Translations under genes and position numbers: made by a program
The notes under the pieces: model-generated
Told to the model about the DNA's origin: nothing
What the model saw: only the letters and a program-made list of their open reading frames with translations
The model's database searches: none
In this document: piece after piece, positions 34,085 to 44,107 of the stretch
How positions within the stretch are numbered: position 1 is the stretch's first letter
Layout: the number at the start of each line of letters is the position of its first letter
Assembly: GCA_036271715.1 (NCBI GenBank)
Contig: DATBAD010000001.1
Location: 83,887 to 147,886, forward strand
DNA from: Xanthobacteraceae bacterium
GTDB taxonomy: Bacteria; Pseudomonadota; Alphaproteobacteria; Rhizobiales; Xanthobacteraceae
Direction of reading: 5' to 3'
Length of the DNA stretch: 64,000 nt

Positions 34085-34762
34085 TCAGGACCGTACGGCC
34101 ACTATTTTCTCAATAGCGGCGGCCAGGTCGACATAAGAGCTGATGAGCTTGTCCGGCTTGAGGCTTTCAATCGGCACTTCGCTGTAGCCGAAATCGACCG
34201 CGATCACCGGTACTGAAGCCGCGCGGGCGGTCCGGATGTCGGTGCCGGAGTCCCCGATCATGATGGCGCGGTCTGGAGACCCGCCGGCGCGGGCAATCGT
34301 GCGCCGCAAGACTTCCGGATCGGGCTTTTGAATTCCGAAAGTGTCTTGTCCACAGATCGCCGCGAAGTGGTGGCTCAGTTTGAGCGTGTCGAGAAGCTTC
34401 ACCGACAGCCATTCGAGTTTATTGGTGCAAACGGCCAGCCGGTGGCCTTCGGCAGCCAAGCTTTCGAGCGTTTTTTCAAGTTCGGGATAAGGCTGCGACT
34501 CGTCAGCGATATGCGCCGAGTAGTGTGCGATGAAGGCGTCGAACATGCGATCGAGCGTGGGGCCGGAATCGGGCTGGCCATCGGCTTTGAGTGCACGCGC
34601 AATCATGCCGCGGGCACCGCCGCCGATCATCTTGCGCGCCTCCGCATAGGAGACCGCCGGCAGCCCCTCGTTTGAGAGGATGAGATTGAGGGTCGCGATC
34701 AAATCCGGGGCCGTATCGATCAGCGTCCCGTCGAGGTCGAACACGAGTGTGAGCATGCGCAT
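34085..34762 (-). CDS. gph: HAD-family phosphoglycolate phosphatase
   Basis: 225 aa. HAD motifs FDLDGTLIDT, CTNK and GDSGTDIRTARAA. Confidence 0.8.
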   Translation of the reverse strand: MRMLTLVFDLDGTLIDTAPDLIATLNLILSNEGLPAVSYAEARKMIGGGARGMIARALKADGQPDSGPTLDRMFDAFIAHYSAHIADESQPYPELEKTLESLAAEGHRLAVCTNKLEWLSVKLLDTLKLSHHFAAICGQDTFGIQKPDPEVLRRTIARAGGSPDRAIMIGDSGTDIRTARAASVPVIAVDFGYSEVPIESLKPDKLISSYVDLAAAIEKIVAVRS

Positions 34763-34848
34763 CGCCTAACCGGACTGCGGTGTTCAGGCAAGGCTCCCGA
34801 CAAACCCCCTAGGATCGGCGCCGGAACGCGGCTAGATACTGGCCCCAC

Positions 34849-35532
34849 ATGGATGCTGAAGCCCAAAAACGCGCGGCCGCTGCACGCGCTATGGATTTTG
34901 TCAGCGCCGGCATGCGCCTTGGGCTCGGCACCGGCTCCACCGCCAAACACTTTGTCGATCTGCTCGGCGAGCGGGTCCGAGCTGGTCTCGACGTCATCGC
35001 GGTGCCGACATCGGAAGCGACGCGGGCGCAAGCCGAGAGCCTCGGCATCAAGTTAACGACGCTCGATGAGACCTCGGCACTCGATGTCACGGTCGATGGC
35101 GCCGACGAGATCGGGCCGGACCTGATGCTGATTAAAGGCGGAGGCGGCGCGCTCTTGCGCGAAAAGATCGTGGCCTCGGCTTCGGCCAAGATGATCGTAA
35201 TCGCGGACGCCTCGAAATGCGTTGCGACACTCGGCCGCTTTCCGCTGCCGATCGAAATCGCTCCATTCGGTGCTACCGCGACACAGCGCGCCGTGGAGAA
35301 AGTTTGCGGCGCGCCGGCGCCGTTTCGTAAGGGCAAAGACGGCCATGCTTTCGTCACGGATGGCGGGCACTGGCTGCTCGACGCCAAGCTTGAGCGCATT
35401 GCCGATCCGTCGGCGCTTGCGGCCAAGCTTTCGGCAATCCCGGGCGTCATGGAGCACGGCTTATTCATCGGTCTCGCCTGGGCTGCTATTGTCGCCGGCC
35501 CGGATGGGGCCCATCTCATCGAACGGTCCTGA
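34849..35532 (+). CDS. rpiA: Ribose-5-phosphate isomerase A
   Basis: 227 aa. Contains [21 protein letters not shown] and [13 protein letters not shown]. Confidence 0.93.
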   Translation: MDAEAQKRAAAARAMDFVSAGMRLGLGTGSTAKHFVDLLGERVRAGLDVIAVPTSEATRAQAESLGIKLTTLDETSALDVTVDGADEIGPDLMLIKGGGGALLREKIVASASAKMIVIADASKCVATLGRFPLPIEIAPFGATATQRAVEKVCGAPAPFRKGKDGHAFVTDGGHWLLDAKLERIADPSALAAKLSAIPGVMEHGLFIGLAWAAIVAGPDGAHLIERS

Positions 35533-35559
35533 CCTTCAAGCACGAGAGGGAGTGCGCCT

Positions 35560-36090
35560 ATGTCCGCCCGTCTTTTTCCGCCTCGCGTCACATTGCGCTA
35601 TGTAGCCGCAGCGCTGCTCGCGCTGAGTTTGACCGGCGCGCAACCGGCGGCGGCCCAGACGCTGCCACAGGCATCCCCAGCCTCTATTCTGTTAGCCAAA
35701 CAAATTCTCGACCTCAAAGACGTGAAAGGTGTCTTTCAGCCGATCATCCGAGGCGTGGTCATCAAGAGCCGGGATCTGTTCATGCAGACCAACTTCATGC
35801 TGTCCAAGGATCTCAACGAATGCGCGATCATCGTCGATAAGCAGTACCAGCCGCGCGTCAACGAATTGGTCGATGCATCGGCGCGCATCTATGCGAGCCA
35901 TTTCACCGAACAGGAATTGAAGGACTTGCTGACTTTCTATCAATCACCGCTCGGCAAAAAGGCGATCGCCGAAGAGCCAAAGGCGCTCGACCAGAGCATC
36001 TCCTTTGCCGGAACCTGGGCCGACAAACTGTCAGAAGAAGTTATCAACAGCTTGCGCGCTGAAATGAAAAAGCGCGGGCACGACATATAA
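35560..36090 (+). CDS. DUF2059-like periplasmic protein
   Basis: 176 aa. Signal peptide ending AAAQT. FYQSPLGKKAIAEEPKA is typical of DUF2059. Confidence 0.7.
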   Translation: MSARLFPPRVTLRYVAAALLALSLTGAQPAAAQTLPQASPASILLAKQILDLKDVKGVFQPIIRGVVIKSRDLFMQTNFMLSKDLNECAIIVDKQYQPRVNELVDASARIYASHFTEQELKDLLTFYQSPLGKKAIAEEPKALDQSISFAGTWADKLSEEVINSLRAEMKKRGHDI

Positions 36091-36096
36091 CGCGAT

Positions 36097-37485
36097 ATGA
36101 TCATGGCTGATCGCGACGTCGATCTCTTTGTCATTGGTGGCGGCTCGGGCGGCGTGCGCGCCGCGCGCATCGCTTCGACCCATGGCGCCAAAGTCATGCT
36201 CGCCGAGGAATACCGTCTTGGCGGCACCTGTGTCATTCGCGGCTGCGTGCCGAAGAAACTCCTGGTCTATGCCTCACGTTTCCGCGGCGAGTTCGAAGAT
36301 GCCGCGGGCTTCGGCTGGACCGTTGGCCAGACATCGTTCGATTGGCCGACGCTGATCGCCAATAAGGACAAGGAAATCGCGCGCCTTGAAGCCGCTTACG
36401 GCACGACGCTCGAAAAGGCCGGCGTGAAAATCGTCAAGACGCGCGCCGTCATCGCCGACGCGCATACTGTCCAACTCGCCAATGGCGAACGTATCAAGGT
36501 CGGTCACATTCTGGTTTCGAGCGGCGGAGCACCGACGCTCGGCGATCCAATCCCTGGGATTGAGCACGCGATCACGTCGAATGAAGCGTTTCATTTGCAG
36601 GCTTTGCCCAAGCGCGTGCTAATGCAAGGCGGCGGCTACACCGCGGTCGAATTCGCCGGAATTTTTGCCGGGCTTGGCGCGCAAGTGACGCTCGTTTACC
36701 GCGGCGAAAATATTCTGCGCGGTTTCGACGATGATGTGCGTGCGCATCTTCGGGTCGAATTGGAGAAGCACGGCATCAAAGTGATTACCGGCAGCAAGGT
36801 CGCGGCGATCGAAAAGACCGGCGGGCATTATGCAGTGCGGCTGTCGAACGACGCAGCGCTTGATGTCGACTGCGTGATGTTTGCGACCGGGCGCTCCCCC
36901 AATGTTACCAAGCTTGGTCTGCAGGAAGCGGGCGTGGTTCTCGCCAAGAACGGCGGTATCGCCGTCGATGATTATTCCCGTTCCAGCGTCCCGAACATTT
37001 ATGCGGTTGGCGATGTGACCAACCGCGTCAATCTCACGCCTGTTGCTATCCGCGAGGGTCATGCCTTTGCCGACTCGGTGTTCGGCGGCAAGCCGACCAA
37101 GGTAGATCATTCCTGTGTGCCGACCGCTGTGTTCGCCGAGCCGGAAGTCGGCACCGTGGGACTGACGGAGACCGAGGCGCGCGCGCAATTTGCCCAGACC
37201 GATATCTACAAAGCGATGTTCCGGCCGATGAAGGCGACAATCTCGGGCCGTGACACAAGGATGCTGATGAAGCTTGTGGTCGACGGCGGCACTGATCGGG
37301 TCGCTGGCTGCCATGTGGTCGGCGAGGGCGCTGCCGAGATTGCTCAGATGGCGGCCATCGCCATCCAGATGAAGGCTACCAAGGCCGATTTCGACGCCAC
37401 CATGGCGCTGCATCCGACCGCCGCCGAAGAGTTGGTCACGATGCGGACCAAGACCGCGAGCTACGCCCGCCAGGCCGCCGAATAG
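36097..37485 (+). CDS. gor: Glutathione-disulfide reductase
   Basis: 462 aa. FAD fold GGGSGGVRAA, redox-active disulfide GGTCVIRGCVPKK, and C-terminal HPTAAEELVTMR. ATG 36103 is an alternative start. Confidence 0.92.
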   Translation: MIMADRDVDLFVIGGGSGGVRAARIASTHGAKVMLAEEYRLGGTCVIRGCVPKKLLVYASRFRGEFEDAAGFGWTVGQTSFDWPTLIANKDKEIARLEAAYGTTLEKAGVKIVKTRAVIADAHTVQLANGERIKVGHILVSSGGAPTLGDPIPGIEHAITSNEAFHLQALPKRVLMQGGGYTAVEFAGIFAGLGAQVTLVYRGENILRGFDDDVRAHLRVELEKHGIKVITGSKVAAIEKTGGHYAVRLSNDAALDVDCVMFATGRSPNVTKLGLQEAGVVLAKNGGIAVDDYSRSSVPNIYAVGDVTNRVNLTPVAIREGHAFADSVFGGKPTKVDHSCVPTAVFAEPEVGTVGLTETEARAQFAQTDIYKAMFRPMKATISGRDTRMLMKLVVDGGTDRVAGCHVVGEGAAEIAQMAAIAIQMKATKADFDATMALHPTAAEELVTMRTKTASYARQAAE

Positions 37486-37599
37486 GCGTTTTAGGCTGTC
37501 ATAAAATACACTTGGCGTGTATAAGACCGCCGTTCGCGCGACCCCTTGAAGGTGCTGCGCGACGCCCCTCATGGATGACGGAAGCGTTGGAGTATTGCA

Positions 37600-39003
37600 A
37601 TGTCGAGCCGCCTGAACACGGCGAAATGGAGCCCGGATTCCTGGCGCGGTAAGCCCATCGTCCAGGTGCCGGATTATCCGGACGCCAAGGCGCTGGCCGA
37701 TGTCGAGGCGCAGCTTGCGACTTTTCCGCCGCTCGTTTTTGCAGGTGAGGCGCGCAATCTAAAAAAGGCGCTGGCGCAGGTCGCTAAAGGCGAGATGTTT
37801 TTGCTGCAAGGCGGCGACTGCGCCGAAAGCTTCGCCGAGCACGGCGCCAACAATATTCGCGATTTCTTCCGCCTGTTCTTGCAAATGGCGGTGGTGCTGA
37901 CGTATGCCGCCGCTTCGCCGGTGGTGAAGGTCGGGCGCACCGCCGGACAATTCGCCAAGCCGCGCACCTCCCCGGTCGAGAAGCGCAACGGCATTGAGCT
38001 GCCGGTCTATCGCGGTGACATCATCAATGGCACCGAATTCACCCCCGAAGCGCGCATGGCGGATCCACGCCGGCAACTCGAAGCGTATCGGCAATCGGCG
38101 GCAACGCTGAACCTTCTCCGCGCTTTCGCCGGCGGCGGTTACGCGAACCTATCGAACGCGCATCAGTGGATGCTGTCTTTCGTCAAGGATAGTCCGCAGT
38201 CGAAGCGCTATCAGGATCTCGCCGGCCGGCTCACTGAGACGCTCGATTTCATGCGCGCCTGCGGCATCGATCCGGAAGTGCATCCGGAAATGCGCACGAC
38301 TGATTTTTTCACCAGCCATGAGGCGCTCCTGCTCGGGTATGAGCAGGCCTTCACTCGGGTCGATTCGACGACCGGCGACTGGTACTGCACGTCAGGCCAT
38401 ATGGTGTGGATCGGCGATCGCACGCGGCAGGCGGATCACGCTCATGTCGAATTCTGCCGCGGCATCAAAAATCCGATGGGGCTCAAGACCGGCCCGAGCC
38501 AGAAGCCGGATGAGTTGCTGCGGATCATGGATGTGCTCGACCCGGACAATGAGCCGGGCCGCTTGACGCTCATCTGCCGCGTCGGCGCCGACAAGGCTGC
38601 CGATCTCTTACCGGCGCTGGTGCGCGCGGTGAAGCGCGAAGGCCGCAATGTGGTGTGGTCGTGCGATCCGATGCACGGCAACACGATCACCTCGGTGACC
38701 GGTTACAAGACCCGGCCGTTCGATCAGATCCTCAAAGAAGTGCGGACATTTTTTCAAGTTCATGCCGCTGAAGGCACCATCGCCGGTGGCGTGCATTTGG
38801 AAATGACCGGGCAAAATGTGACCGAATGCACCGGCGGCGCCCGCGCCATCAGCGACGAGGATCTCAACGATCGCTACCATACGGTTTGCGATCCGCGGCT
38901 CAATGCCGAGCAGGCGCTCGATCTCGCCTTCTTGCTCGCCGATCTTCTGAAGACCGAACGCGCCGGCAAAGTGAAGCCGATGCCTGCGGTAGCGGCGCTG
39001 TAG
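37600..39003 (+). CDS. Class II (plant-type) 3-deoxy-7-phosphoheptulonate (DAHP) synthase
   Basis: 467 aa. Starts [19 protein letters not shown] and contains GGDCAESF. Length and motifs fit the class II family. Confidence 0.92.
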   Translation: MSSRLNTAKWSPDSWRGKPIVQVPDYPDAKALADVEAQLATFPPLVFAGEARNLKKALAQVAKGEMFLLQGGDCAESFAEHGANNIRDFFRLFLQMAVVLTYAAASPVVKVGRTAGQFAKPRTSPVEKRNGIELPVYRGDIINGTEFTPEARMADPRRQLEAYRQSAATLNLLRAFAGGGYANLSNAHQWMLSFVKDSPQSKRYQDLAGRLTETLDFMRACGIDPEVHPEMRTTDFFTSHEALLLGYEQAFTRVDSTTGDWYCTSGHMVWIGDRTRQADHAHVEFCRGIKNPMGLKTGPSQKPDELLRIMDVLDPDNEPGRLTLICRVGADKAADLLPALVRAVKREGRNVVWSCDPMHGNTITSVTGYKTRPFDQILKEVRTFFQVHAAEGTIAGGVHLEMTGQNVTECTGGARAISDEDLNDRYHTVCDPRLNAEQALDLAFLLADLLKTERAGKVKPMPAVAAL

Positions 39004-39030
39004 TGTTGCGCGCCCGCTTTTGCGGAGGCT

Positions 39031-40761
39031 CTACAAACCGCGGGTGCGTGCGAGGAAGGCCTTGGTGCCGGTGGTGTAATCGGCCTTGGCCCATTCATCG
39101 CGGCTTCTTTTCAGCACTAGGCTGTCGTGCGTGGTCGGCTGCGTCTTCGACTTATCGCCGCCATGCGATTGGTCCCACAACGCGCGTGCCCGGTAGTGGT
39201 TGTAGAGCCGCATGAATTCGGCGACATATATATCGGCGACCCGGGAGTTGCCCTTGATCTCAAGGACGTTCTCGTCGTTGCCGTTTTCCGACGCAGCGCT
39301 GAAATTGGGCGAGCCCGAATAGATCGTCGGATTAGCGGTGTCGCCGTCGATGACGATAAACTTGTGATGGACGTGGATGGGTGGCGGTCCCTTGCCGCCT
39401 TTTATCGACTTCTTGTTTCCTGTCTTCTTGGCGACCGATACGTCGTATGGCGATGTGTCGATCGAGCGGAGTTCCGGCAGGAAGCCGCGCGGCGCCGCCT
39501 GATTAAAGGCAGCATAAGCCAGCGTATCGGGCTTTTTGCTCGTCGAACGGTGATAAATCGTCGCGGCGATTTTTGGCAGGTTCGTGCGTTTCTTGCCTTT
39601 CTTGGTCGGTCGATCCGGATCGTCGATCGCATTGATCAGTCCGTAGATGAGGTGATCCGGCGAATCGCCTTGGGCGAAGATCGCGGACATGAGGTTCGTG
39701 TCCGACGCAGTGAACATGCAGAACAAGACCGAGGATTTCGCCGTCTTAACTGCATCAGTCACGGTATCGAGGAATCTACGCTGCTTGCCGGTTTCGGGCG
39801 TGAAGAACACCCGTAATTTGGTATCCGGCACGTCGGTCACGTCGTGCCAGCCCGCGAATTTCGCAATGTCCGATGTTTTCTTGTTCTTGGCGAGGAGTTG
39901 CGCCCGCTGAGCATAAAGGTCCGCAAGCTGCGGCGAATGGAGGATATGCAGGAGATTGGCCTGCACGGTTTGCGCCTCGGGGGTGAAATTGGTCGATCCC
40001 ATGAGAACCGCGGCTTCGCGTCCATCCTTGTAGGAGACGATGAACTTGTCGTGCATGAGCTTGGCGATTGCGTCGCGCCGGTGCTTGGAAATATTGGGTT
40101 CGCTCGAGAGGTATTTCGCGCCCGCTTCCGACTTGGTGTCCTTGCCTTTGTCAAAATAAGTGAGCGAGCCGCGGCCGGAGAATTCCTTGAGGCTTGGCAG
40201 GATCCACAGGCCGTCGCTCAAATGATAAATGGCGCAGTCGAAAGCGTCGCTCTCATGCAGCACCTCCGGAACCGCATCTTGCAATCCATTGGCGAGCCAC
40301 TCCATTTGGTCCTTGAGCGCTTTTGTTCGCGGGAAGCTCTGCGAGCTCACGACCGCGCGATTGAAATAGGTGGCGATTTTCCCGTCGAGAATCTCCGGAA
40401 GCATTACCGCAGCATGACCCGCCGCGTCCTCTTGCAATTTCAGATCATCCGGTCCCGTTCCGCAAACCGGGATGACTTCGTAATTGAACTTTTTACCGCG
40501 GTCCGCGGTCTTGAATCCGCTATCCCACCAATTGAATTTCTGAATCGGCGCCTGGTCGCTGGGCTTGGGCTTGGCGTTGGGTGGAAGCGGGTTGAAATCA
40601 AGTTTGTTGAATAGGAACTGCGGTTTTTTGTCCGCACCATAACCAGGGTCGCGTCGGATCGCGAAGCCCAGAAAGTCAGGATGATGTGCACCGTCCGCCC
40701 AATCGAACGCCAATAGAACACAAGTGGGACTTGCATAAGGTTTGATCGTCACGCCTGCCAT
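39031..40761 (-). CDS. Phospholipase D-superfamily protein with two HKD motifs and an unknown N-terminal domain
   Basis: 576 aa with no signal peptide. HKD motif 1 is HDKFIVSYKDGREAAVLMGSTNF. HKD motif 2 is HHKFIVIDGDTANPTIYSGSPNFS. The N-terminal roughly 120 aa look beta-rich (VTIKPYASPTCVLLAFDW...). GC content is lower than in the neighbours. Confidence 0.85.
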   Translation of the reverse strand: MAGVTIKPYASPTCVLLAFDWADGAHHPDFLGFAIRRDPGYGADKKPQFLFNKLDFNPLPPNAKPKPSDQAPIQKFNWWDSGFKTADRGKKFNYEVIPVCGTGPDDLKLQEDAAGHAAVMLPEILDGKIATYFNRAVVSSQSFPRTKALKDQMEWLANGLQDAVPEVLHESDAFDCAIYHLSDGLWILPSLKEFSGRGSLTYFDKGKDTKSEAGAKYLSSEPNISKHRRDAIAKLMHDKFIVSYKDGREAAVLMGSTNFTPEAQTVQANLLHILHSPQLADLYAQRAQLLAKNKKTSDIAKFAGWHDVTDVPDTKLRVFFTPETGKQRRFLDTVTDAVKTAKSSVLFCMFTASDTNLMSAIFAQGDSPDHLIYGLINAIDDPDRPTKKGKKRTNLPKIAATIYHRSTSKKPDTLAYAAFNQAAPRGFLPELRSIDTSPYDVSVAKKTGNKKSIKGGKGPPPIHVHHKFIVIDGDTANPTIYSGSPNFSAASENGNDENVLEIKGNSRVADIYVAEFMRLYNHYRARALWDQSHGGDKSKTQPTTHDSLVLKRSRDEWAKADYTTGTKAFLARTRGL

Positions 40762-40928
40762 GATGTGCCCCAGTAATTTTACTGCATCCGCCGAAGATGC
40801 AACCTATGCTTGATCATGACGGCGCCGCGGTCAACCGAAAAAAGCCCTTCGCCGGTCGCACTTGCTGGCGCCGTCAATTAGCGAGGTAGGCATTGCCGGA
40901 CCGCGGGCCACGGCGTTACATCTTGGTC

Positions 40929-42689
40929 ATGAACGAGCGTCCCGCCGACCGTCTCGCCATTGCGGTAGCGCAACTCAATCCGATTGTCGGCGATGTCGCC
41001 GGCAATCTGGAGAAAGCGCGCGCGGCCCACGCGCAAGCGGCGCGCGATCACGCCGATATCATCGCGTTTTCCGAGCTTTTCCTTGCCGGCTATCCGCCGG
41101 AGGATTTGGTACTCAAGCCCGCTTTCCAGACTGCCTGCCGTTTGGCGGTGGAGACGTTGGCGCGCGAGACTGCAGACGGGGGTCCGGCAGTCCTGATCGG
41201 TGCGCCCTGGGTCGAGGATGGCAAGCTTTATAACGCTTACACGCTTCTGGCCGGAGGCCGGGTCGAAGCGATCCGCTTCAAGGTCAACCTTCCGAACTAT
41301 GGCGTATTCGACGAGAAGCGTGTTTTTGCGTCCGGTCCCGCGCCTGGGCCGGTCAGTTTCCGCGGAGTACGGCTCGGTCTCCCAGTGTGCGAAGACACCT
41401 GGACCGATTGGGGTGACTACGAGAACGTTATCGAATGCCTCGCGGAGACCGGCGCGGAAATCCTGATTGTGCCGAACGGCTCGCCCTATTGGCGCGATAA
41501 GGCCGACGTGCGGCTTAATGTCAGTGTCGCGCGTGTCACCGAATCCGGATTGCCGCTCCTCTACGTGAATCAGGTCGGCGGTCAGGACGAGCTCGTTTTC
41601 GACGGCGCTTCCTTCGCGCTCAACGCCGATCGCTCGATCGCTTTCCAGCTCCCAGCTTTTCGCGAAACGGTCATTACCACTTTGTGGTCGCGGATCGATG
41701 GCGTTTGGCGTTGTGCCAAAGGGCCGATTGCCACGGCGGATGATCTCGACAAAGCTGACTACGCCGCCTGCGTTCTGGGCTTGCGCGACTATGTCGACAA
41801 GAACCGCTTCAAGGGCGTGGTCATGGGGCTCTCCGGCGGCATCGACTCCGCCTTGTGCGCGGCCATGGCGGTCGATGCGCTTGGCGCCGACCGCGTGCGC
41901 TGTGTGATGCTGCCGTACCGTTACACGTCGCAAGAGTCGCTTGATGACGCGGCGGCGATCGCGAAGGCACTCGGCATTCGTTACGATATCGTGCCGATCG
42001 AGCGTGCGGTGCAGGGCCTCGAAAGTTCATTGGCGGATGTGTTTGCCGGCGCGCCACGCGACGTCACCGAGGAGAATTTGCAGGCTCGGGCCCGCGGCGT
42101 CATCCTGATGGCGATCTCCAACAAATTCGGATTGATGGTGGTGACCACCGGCAACAAGTCGGAAATGTCGGTCGGCTACGCCACGCTTTACGGCGACATG
42201 AATGGCGGCTTTAATCCGATCAAGGATCTGTTCAAGACCGAGGTTTATCGTCTGTCGCAGCTACGCAACGGTTGGAAGCCGGAAGATGCGCGCGGTCCGG
42301 ACGGCAACGTCATTCCTGAAAACGTGATCACCCGCGCGCCGAGCGCGGAGTTGCGTGAGAACCAGACCGACCAAGACACGCTGCCGCCTTATGACATGCT
42401 GGATCAGATTCTCGAACGTTTGGTCGAGCGCGAAGAACCGGTTACGAGCATCGTCGCTTCCGGTTTCGACCGCGATGTTGTGGTTAAGGTTGAGCGGATG
42501 CTCAACCTCGCCGAATATAAACGGCGGCAGGCTGCGCCGGGTGTAAAAGTGACACTGAAGAATTTCGGCCGCGACCGGCGCTATCCAATCGTCAACCGCT
42601 TCATCGATCAGGGCGCGGCCATGCCTGGACCCGATCGCGGCGCGGTTAAAGGCGCGGCAAGAGCCGGGGCGACCGGCGCGGATTTTTGA
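40929..42689 (+). CDS. nadE: Glutamine-dependent NAD+ synthetase
   Basis: ATG 40929 (MNERPADRLAIAVAQLNP). An N-terminal CN-hydrolase domain is followed by a C-terminal NAD synthetase domain with SGGIDSAL. 586 aa. Confidence 0.93.
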   Translation: MNERPADRLAIAVAQLNPIVGDVAGNLEKARAAHAQAARDHADIIAFSELFLAGYPPEDLVLKPAFQTACRLAVETLARETADGGPAVLIGAPWVEDGKLYNAYTLLAGGRVEAIRFKVNLPNYGVFDEKRVFASGPAPGPVSFRGVRLGLPVCEDTWTDWGDYENVIECLAETGAEILIVPNGSPYWRDKADVRLNVSVARVTESGLPLLYVNQVGGQDELVFDGASFALNADRSIAFQLPAFRETVITTLWSRIDGVWRCAKGPIATADDLDKADYAACVLGLRDYVDKNRFKGVVMGLSGGIDSALCAAMAVDALGADRVRCVMLPYRYTSQESLDDAAAIAKALGIRYDIVPIERAVQGLESSLADVFAGAPRDVTEENLQARARGVILMAISNKFGLMVVTTGNKSEMSVGYATLYGDMNGGFNPIKDLFKTEVYRLSQLRNGWKPEDARGPDGNVIPENVITRAPSAELRENQTDQDTLPPYDMLDQILERLVEREEPVTSIVASGFDRDVVVKVERMLNLAEYKRRQAAPGVKVTLKNFGRDRRYPIVNRFIDQGAAMPGPDRGAVKGAARAGATGADF

Positions 42690-42698
42690 CGAAAGCGG

Positions 42699-43892
42699 TT
42701 ATTGGGCAGGCGGTGCCGCTGGTTTCGGTGGCAGTTGCGACTGCGACATGAACGGCGGCCCCACCGTCCGCACTTTCTTATTTGCATTGTTAGGATCGGT
42801 TGCGACGGCGGCTGTTGTCGTCGCGGGCGTGGCGGCAGTCGACGTCGCGACAGGCTTCGCGATCTGAACGGCGGGTTTGCCGCCCGGCTTCGGGGGCGAT
42901 GACAAAGCTTTCGCGTTCTGGTCGTTGACGACGATATCGCCGCTTTGAAGCGTCGTTGGATCGTCGGCGTCTTTGAGCGCATCCGCCCAGCTCTGGCCCT
43001 GGCGGCGGCAACTGCAGGCCGGCGTGAATTCCTTGCGGTATTTGAAAGCATTCGGCAACGACGAATAAGGCTGACCGCTGGTCGAGACCGCCTGCTCCAT
43101 ATCCTCGCCTGGATTGCGATAGGAGTAGAGCGCGACTTCGCTCGCCGGGCAAAGCCGCTGGCAGGCGTGCTCGTCGTCGGCGAAACGCGCCGGTGAGGTC
43201 GAATAAGAAATCGGGAAATAATAGCCGTCGCAGGTGCGGACACAGACGGTGCGGAAGGTGCCGGACGGCGCGCCGTCGCCGTTGCCATTGACGATGCGGC
43301 CGCCGCCGAACAGCGCATCGAAGAAGCCTTGCGGTCCGCCTTGCGAGTTTGCGGCGGCGGTGTATTGCGCGCCGCAATTGTTTTGCGCGAGCTGGCCGAT
43401 CAGTGCGCGGCGCTGATCCTGCCGGTCGTTGCTGCCGCTCTTGAGCTGTTCGAGATCGCTGATCATGTGATCGAGATTGCCGCGCATGTTTTGAATCTGC
43501 GAAGTGATCGGCCCGCAATTCGGTGACAGGGCCGAGAACAGCGCGAAGAAGCCGGTGCCGGCGCAGCCGTTCTTGTGCGCCTGCTCGATGGCACGGTCGA
43601 GATCGGCCTGCTGTTTGGCGATGGCGTCTTCGGACCGTTTGATCTGATCGGCGCGGCCGGGATCGGCTGCGCCTTGGTCGAAGGCGGCAAGCTGGCCTTG
43701 CAGGCGAAGGCAGATCGAGTTCGCGCCCTGCTGACCTGCCGCTGCGGGGGGCGCGGCTTGCGGGGCCGCAGTCTGCGGCGGCGGCGCCTGACCGGGTATC
43801 GCTCCAGGAGGCACTGGCGGTGTCTGCTGCGCCAGCGCGGAGCCGGCCAGAACCAGCATCCCAAGGACGGCCAAAAGCCCGCTCCGGCGCAT
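42699..43892 (-). CDS. DUF2865-like secreted protein
   Basis: ATG at 43892 gives the signal peptide MRRSGLLAVLGMLVLAGSALA. A Pro/Gln-rich region and a coiled-coil segment follow. The conserved Cys-rich block is FRTVCVRTCDGYYFPISYS...CQRLCP. The upstream start at 44048 in the ORF track is less likely. Confidence 0.7.
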   Translation of the reverse strand: MRRSGLLAVLGMLVLAGSALAQQTPPVPPGAIPGQAPPPQTAAPQAAPPAAAGQQGANSICLRLQGQLAAFDQGAADPGRADQIKRSEDAIAKQQADLDRAIEQAHKNGCAGTGFFALFSALSPNCGPITSQIQNMRGNLDHMISDLEQLKSGSNDRQDQRRALIGQLAQNNCGAQYTAAANSQGGPQGFFDALFGGGRIVNGNGDGAPSGTFRTVCVRTCDGYYFPISYSTSPARFADDEHACQRLCPASEVALYSYRNPGEDMEQAVSTSGQPYSSLPNAFKYRKEFTPACSCRRQGQSWADALKDADDPTTLQSGDIVVNDQNAKALSSPPKPGGKPAVQIAKPVATSTAATPATTTAAVATDPNNANKKVRTVGPPFMSQSQLPPKPAAPPAQ

Positions 43893-44107
43893 GGTTTTAG
43901 GCAGGCTCGTGGGCAGGTTTGCGCCGAAATCGCGTGGCTCAAAGTGCATCAATCGGGATCCCGACACCGGTTCGCTCCGGGTTTTCGGATAAGCCCCGGA
44001 ATGGTGACTAAAATGTGAACAACGCCTCAAAAGCGAAGCCCGAAACACGGGCCCACGACGCGGCGGACCGCCTCTTTACCGGCAAAAAGGCCAAGACGCG
44101 AGTGCGC

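Noticed and set aside
40817-40876. A perfect 10-bp inverted repeat, tgacggcgcc ... ggcgccgtca, with a 40-bp spacer between the PLD gene and nadE.
   Set aside because: By my rough estimate, a 10-bp inverted repeat within about 60 bp is expected a few times by chance in 64 kb of GC-rich DNA. It is not strong enough to call on its own.
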